Below, one piece after another: positions 60,258 to 64,000 of a stretch of 64,000 nt of DNA. Every line of letters begins with the position of its first letter. Positions within the stretch are counted from its first letter, which is position 1. Origin of the DNA: Scenedesmus sp. PABB004 (Eukaryota); NCBI GenBank assembly GCA_014905635.1, contig JABVCE010000003.1:682001-746000 (forward strand), read 5' to 3'. The position numbers were made by a program, and so were the translations under genes. The notes under the pieces were generated by a model. The model did no database searches. It saw nothing but the letters and a program-made list of their open reading frames with translations, and was not told the origin of the DNA.

Positions 60258-63200
60258 ATGAGCGCCGCGGCCGCCCAGCCCGCCGGCGGCGCGGCGCGCG
60301 GCGGTCCGTCGCCGCTGGCGGGCAAGATGGCCAAGGCCGCGGCCGCGGCCGCGCCGCGGCGCGACCCCGGCGGCGGCGGCAGCTCCAGCGGCAGCAGCAG
60401 CGCCGCCAGCAGCGGCGCGGACGCGCCGCCGGCCAGCAGCAGCGCGGGCGGCGGCAGCAGCGTCGCCGCGGCCGCGCCGCACTGGCCGGGCGAGGACGAC
60501 GACGCGTCGGCGGACCAGGGCGACGGCTGGCAGCTCGTGGGCGGCAAGGGCGGCGCGCGCGGCCCGCACGGGCCGCCCGCGCACGCGCCGGCGCCGGCCG
60601 GCGCCGCGCCGGCGCCCGCCGCCGGCGGCGGGCGCGGCCTGGTGTGCGGGCGCTGCGGCATGCGCGGCCACGCGCGCGAGCGCTGCCGGCAGCCGCACTG
60701 CGGGCGCTGCAACCGCTGGTGGCACGCCGAGGACGAGTGCGCGCAGGCGTGCCACACGTGCGGCTCGCTCGACCACCGCGTCGTCGGCGGCGCGCTGTGC
60801 AAGAGCTACAAGTGCCGCGAGTGCGGGCTGTACGGCCACGTCTACGCCGAGTGCCCCAACATCCGCTGCAACCTCTGCGGCGAGGTGGGGCACAAGGCGC
60901 TCGACTGCCCCAGCATCGTGTGCAACGCGTGCCGCCAGAAGGGCCACAAGGCCGTCAACTGCCCCAACCCGCACCGCGGCCCGGCGGCGCCGGCGCCGCC
61001 GCCGGAGCTGCCGCCGCTGCACGTCGCGGCGCCGCCGCCCGCGGCGCTGCAGCACGCCGGCAGCAGCTGCAGCAGCGTGACCAGCCCGCTGTCGGCGCGC
61101 TCGCCGGCGGCGGCGGCGCCGCCGGCCGCGCCGCTCGGCCTGGAGGGCGCGGCTGAGGTGCCGCTGCTGCCGGCGCCGCTGCGGCCCGCCAACCTCGCGG
61201 AGCAGCAGCAGCTGCAGCACGCGCACAGCCGCCTGCTCGGCGCGCTGCTCAGGGCCGCGCCCGACGCGGCGGCGGCGTTCCTGCAGGACGGCAGCAAGCT
61301 GGCGGCGCTCTACATGGTCGACCGCGGCGCCTTTGCGCGCCTCGTGGCGGCGCTCGCGGAGGAGGGGCGCGGGCCCGACGCGCAGCGCGCGCTGCTCGAG
61401 GCGACCGCCGCGAGCGCGCAGCGCCAGATCGCGCAGCGCGCGGACGCGGCGGCGGCCGCCGCCGCGGGGCAGCTGACGCCGACGCATCAGCAGCTGGCCG
61501 CGCCGCACGCCGCGCCCGGCTCCGCGCCGCTGCAGCAGCAGCACCCGCGGCAGCGCCTGGCGCTGCTGGCGGCGGCCGCCGCGGCGGGCCAGCGCGGCGC
61601 GGGCGCCGCCGTCGGGCGCAGCGCGCCCGCGTCGCCCGCCGCGCCCATGTCGCCGGGCGGGGACGACCCGGCCGACGCGACGCAGGGCATCAAGCCCGGC
61701 GACCTGGCGCAGCAGCACGCGAAGCAGCTGGTGGCCGAGGTGCGCGCGCGCGCGCGCGCCTCGGCGCTGCGGCGGCCGTGCTGCTGCTGCGGCAGCAGCC
61801 GCGCGGCGCGCACGCCGCCGTCCGACGAGCCGCGCGCCCGCGCCCGCCGCGCCCGCCGCCGTGCACAGTTTGGCGACATGCTGCCCAGCCGCTGGCAGCA
61901 GCTGCCGAGCTGGCGCCAGCTCGAGGCGCGGCTGTCCTTCCCCGACGGCAACTACGTGCAGCGGCGCCTGCAGTTCCGGGAGAAGCGGCGCCAGCTGCAG
62001 CTGCTCACGCTGCAGCTGCGCGGCGGCGGCGCGCCCGCCGCGCCCGCCGCCGCAGGCAAGCCCGGCGTCGCGCGTGCGCTGCTCGGCGCGGCGCCCGGGG
62101 CGGCGCCCGTCGCGGCGGCCGCCAACGGCGCCGCGGCGCCGGCGGCGGACGCGGCGCCGGCGGCGGACGCGGCGCCGCAGCAGGCGGCGCCGGCCCCCGC
62201 GCGGCCCGCCGCGGCGACGCCCTGCAGCTACGCGGCCGCGCTCCTGCACAGGGCGCCGCCCGCCGCGGCGCCGCCCGCGGCCGGCGGCGGCGCGGCGCCG
62301 CCCGGCGACAGCCCCTTTGCCACCGAGGCGGGCGGGGGCGCGCCCGCGGCGCCGCCGCCGCAGCCGGCGGCGGCGGTGTGCAGCCGCTGCGGCATGCTGG
62401 GCCACGCGAGCACGGCGTGCGTGCAGCCGCGGTGCAGCCGCTGCCACCTGTGGTGGCACGCCGAGGCGCAGTGCGCGGCGGCGTGCGCGTTTTGCGGCTC
62501 GCTCGACCACGCCGGCGACGCGGAGCAGCCGTCCTCGTGCAAGAGCTTCCGGTGCAAGGCGTGCAAGATGTTTGGCCACACCGCGACGACCTGCCCGCAC
62601 GTCGCGCTGCACGCGCAGCAGCTGCAGCGCCAGGGCTCGGGCCTCGGCAGCGGCGGCGCCGCGGCGGCCGGCAGCGGCGGCGCCGCCGCGGGCGGCGGCG
62701 GCGCCGGCGCGCCGCCGGCGTCGCCGATGGGCTCGCTCCTGACGAGCGGCGGCGGCTCCGGCTCTGAGAGCAGCCTGTGCCCGCCCGACAGCCCCGCGGG
62801 GCTGGGCCAGGCGGGCGTGAAGCCGCGCGACCTGCTGCCGGAGCACGCGCGCGCGCTGCAGGAGGAGTTTCCCAACGCGCTGCCCGCGGGCTGGCAGCAG
62901 ATGGGCAGCTGGCGCATGGTCGAGGAGCGCCTGCGCGTCGTCGCGGTCGAGGGTGCGGTGTTCAGCAAGCGCCGCCAGATGTGGCGCGACCGGCGGAAGC
63001 ACTACCAGGGACTCACCGCCGCCGCGCTCGCCGCCGCCGCGCGCTCGGCGGCCGCGGCGGACGCGGTCGAGGGCGGCAGCGGCGGCGGCGGCGGCGGCGC
63101 GCCCAGCGCCGCCGCGGGCGCCGCGGCGATGCTGCTCGACTGCACCGGCAGCAGCGCCGGCGCACGCCTCGACGCGAGCGCCGCGAGCTCGCCGGGCAGC

Positions 63201-64000
63201 GAGGCGGCGAGCGCGCCGGAGCCGCACGCCGCGCCGGCCGCGGAGCAGCCGGCCCGCGAGGCTGCGGCGGCTGCGGCGGCAGCGGCGGCAGCTCAGCAGC
63301 AGCAGCAGCAGCAGGAGCTGCTGCTGCAGCAGAGCGCCCCGCCTGGGGCCGGCCAGGCGCTGCAGGATGCGACGCAGCAGGCGCCGCCGCTGCAGCTGCA
63401 GGCGAGCCGCATGGACGCGGTGCTGGTGCCGGAATGGCAGCAGCAGCAGGGCAGCCTGTTCAGCCTCGCCGACCCCGCCGTGCACGGCGGGCTGGACTCT
63501 GGCGGCGCCACGGGCAGCAGCTTCAGCTGCGACACGCACTTTTCGTCGCCCGCACCGGCCGACAGCCGCAGCCTGGGCTTCTCGGGCGGCTCCACGCCGC
63601 TGCCCGCGAGCGCCGGCAGCTCCTGCGGCGCCACGCCCGGCGGCGGCGCGCCCCACCTGCTGGGGGGCGGCGGCGGCCACGGCTCGCTGGGCGGGCTGCC
63701 GCCGCACAGCGGCGGCCTCGGCGGGCTGTCGTCGCCGCTGCCGGGCGCGGGCGGCGGCACGCCGCTGCCCACGCCGCGCGCGGCGGGCGGCTACGGCCCC
63801 AGCCCCACGCTCCTGATGGCGGGCGAGGGCGGGCGCTTCTCGCCCATGCCGCACCCCGGGCAGGCCCTGCACGCGGGCCAGGGCCTGCTGCGCTCGCCGC
63901 TGGGCTTTGCCGGCGCGCCGCCACCCCTGTCGTCGCCGATGGACCACGGAGCCGCGGCGGCGGCCGCGGCGCAGGCCGCGGCCATGGCGGCCGCGGCGGG
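60258..64000 (+). CDS. Large multi-CCHC zinc-knuckle protein with an internal duplication; runs off the window end
   Basis: Open frame from ATG 60258 to the window end (absent from the ORF track because it has no stop), with a likely in-frame 129-nt intron at 61740-61868. Ten CX2CX4H knuckles in two clusters, 60645-60962 and 62379-62594. Confidence 0.85.
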   Translation, partial: MSAAAAQPAGGAARGGPSPLAGKMAKAAAAAAPRRDPGGGGSSSGSSSAASSGADAPPASSSAGGGSSVAAAAPHWPGEDDDASADQGDGWQLVGGKGGARGPHGPPAHAPAPAGAAPAPAAGGGRGLVCGRCGMRGHARERCRQPHCGRCNRWWHAEDECAQACHTCGSLDHRVVGGALCKSYKCRECGLYGHVYAECPNIRCNLCGEVGHKALDCPSIVCNACRQKGHKAVNCPNPHRGPAAPAPPPELPPLHVAAPPPAALQHAGSSCSSVTSPLSARSPAAAAPPAAPLGLEGAAEVPLLPAPLRPANLAEQQQLQHAHSRLLGALLRAAPDAAAAFLQDGSKLAALYMVDRGAFARLVAALAEEGRGPDAQRALLEATAASAQRQIAQRADAAAAAAAGQLTPTHQQLAAPHAAPGSAPLQQQHPRQRLALLAAAAAAGQRGAGAAVGRSAPASPAAPMSPGGDDPADATQGIKPGDLAQQHAKQLVAEVRARARASALRRPCCCCGSSRAARTPPSDEPRARARRARRRAQFGDMLPSRWQQLPSWRQLEARLSFPDGNYVQRRLQFREKRRQLQLLTLQLRGGGAPAAPAAAGKPGVARALLGAAPGAAPVAAAANGAAAPAADAAPAADAAPQQAAPAPARPAAATPCSYAAALLHRAPPAAAPPAAGGGAAPPGDSPFATEAGGGAPAAPPPQPAAAVCSRCGMLGHASTACVQPRCSRCHLWWHAEAQCAAACAFCGSLDHAGDAEQPSSCKSFRCKACKMFGHTATTCPHVALHAQQLQRQGSGLGSGGAAAAGSGGAAAGGGGAGAPPASPMGSLLTSGGGSGSESSLCPPDSPAGLGQAGVKPRDLLPEHARALQEEFPNALPAGWQQMGSWRMVEERLRVVAVEGAVFSKRRQMWRDRRKHYQGLTAAALAAAARSAAAADAVEGGSGGGGGGAPSAAAGAAAMLLDCTGSSAGARLDASAASSPGSEAASAPEPHAAPAAEQPAREAAAAAAAAAAAQQQQQQQELLLQQSAPPGAGQALQDATQQAPPLQLQASRMDAVLVPEWQQQQGSLFSLADPAVHGGLDSGGATGSSFSCDTHFSSPAPADSRSLGFSGGSTPLPASAGSSCGATPGGGAPHLLGGGGGHGSLGGLPPHSGGLGGLSSPLPGAGGGTPLPTPRAAGGYGPSPTLLMAGEGGRFSPMPHPGQALHAGQGLLRSPLGFAGAPPPLSSPMDHGAAAAAAAQAAAMAAAA

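Noticed and set aside
60072..63947. 1291-aa minus-strand ORF
   Set aside because: Antisense of the zinc-knuckle gene, with no domain content.
60258..64000. Retrotransposon gag/ORF1 interpretation of the zinc knuckles
   Set aside because: No protease, RT, integrase or LTR in view, ten knuckles, and a spliceosomal intron; sequence beyond 64000 is unseen.

Overview
Eukaryotic nuclear DNA: extremely GC-rich (roughly three-quarters or more, by eye), gene-dense and full of short spliceosomal introns. Gene content (plastid SecA, PSRP-7/EF-Ts polyprotein, VCCN/BST-type bestrophin, IQUB) and intron style point to a chlorophyte green alga, by inference a Raphidocelis/Monoraphidium-like Sphaeropleales species. 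I reconstructed 25 protein-coding genes by stitching exons by eye: partial hypothetical, TFIIS-N domain protein, plastid SecA, RPC4, DUF1772, low-complexity hypothetical, IQUB, bc1 core protein, F-box-vWA, small membrane protein, aldo/keto reductase, FAS1 protein, CAP + bulb-lectin protein, ABM-fold protein, PETs, histidine phosphatase/PGM-like, tRNase Z-like, type I metacaspase, Rab5, MED11, HMA copper chaperone, prefoldin 6, WDR46/UTP7, bestrophin and a long multi-zinc-knuckle protein. I saw no rRNA, tRNA, CRISPR array or transposon. Most long ORFs in the supplied track are antisense or intron read-through artefacts of the high GC. Highlights: (1) GC-AG introns are very common (8 of 17 in SecA), always after an exonic AG; (2) a ~570-bp duplication makes the PETs upstream region and first exon a near-copy of intron 1 of the neighbouring PGM-like gene; (3) the zinc-knuckle protein is built from two copies of [CCHC cluster + an unrecognised ~67-aa Trp-containing domain]; (4) an intronic stop would release PSRP-7 from the PETs polyprotein; (5) F-box-vWA and CAP-bulb lectin domain fusions. 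Exon boundaries are manual and unverified by RNA data or database searches.
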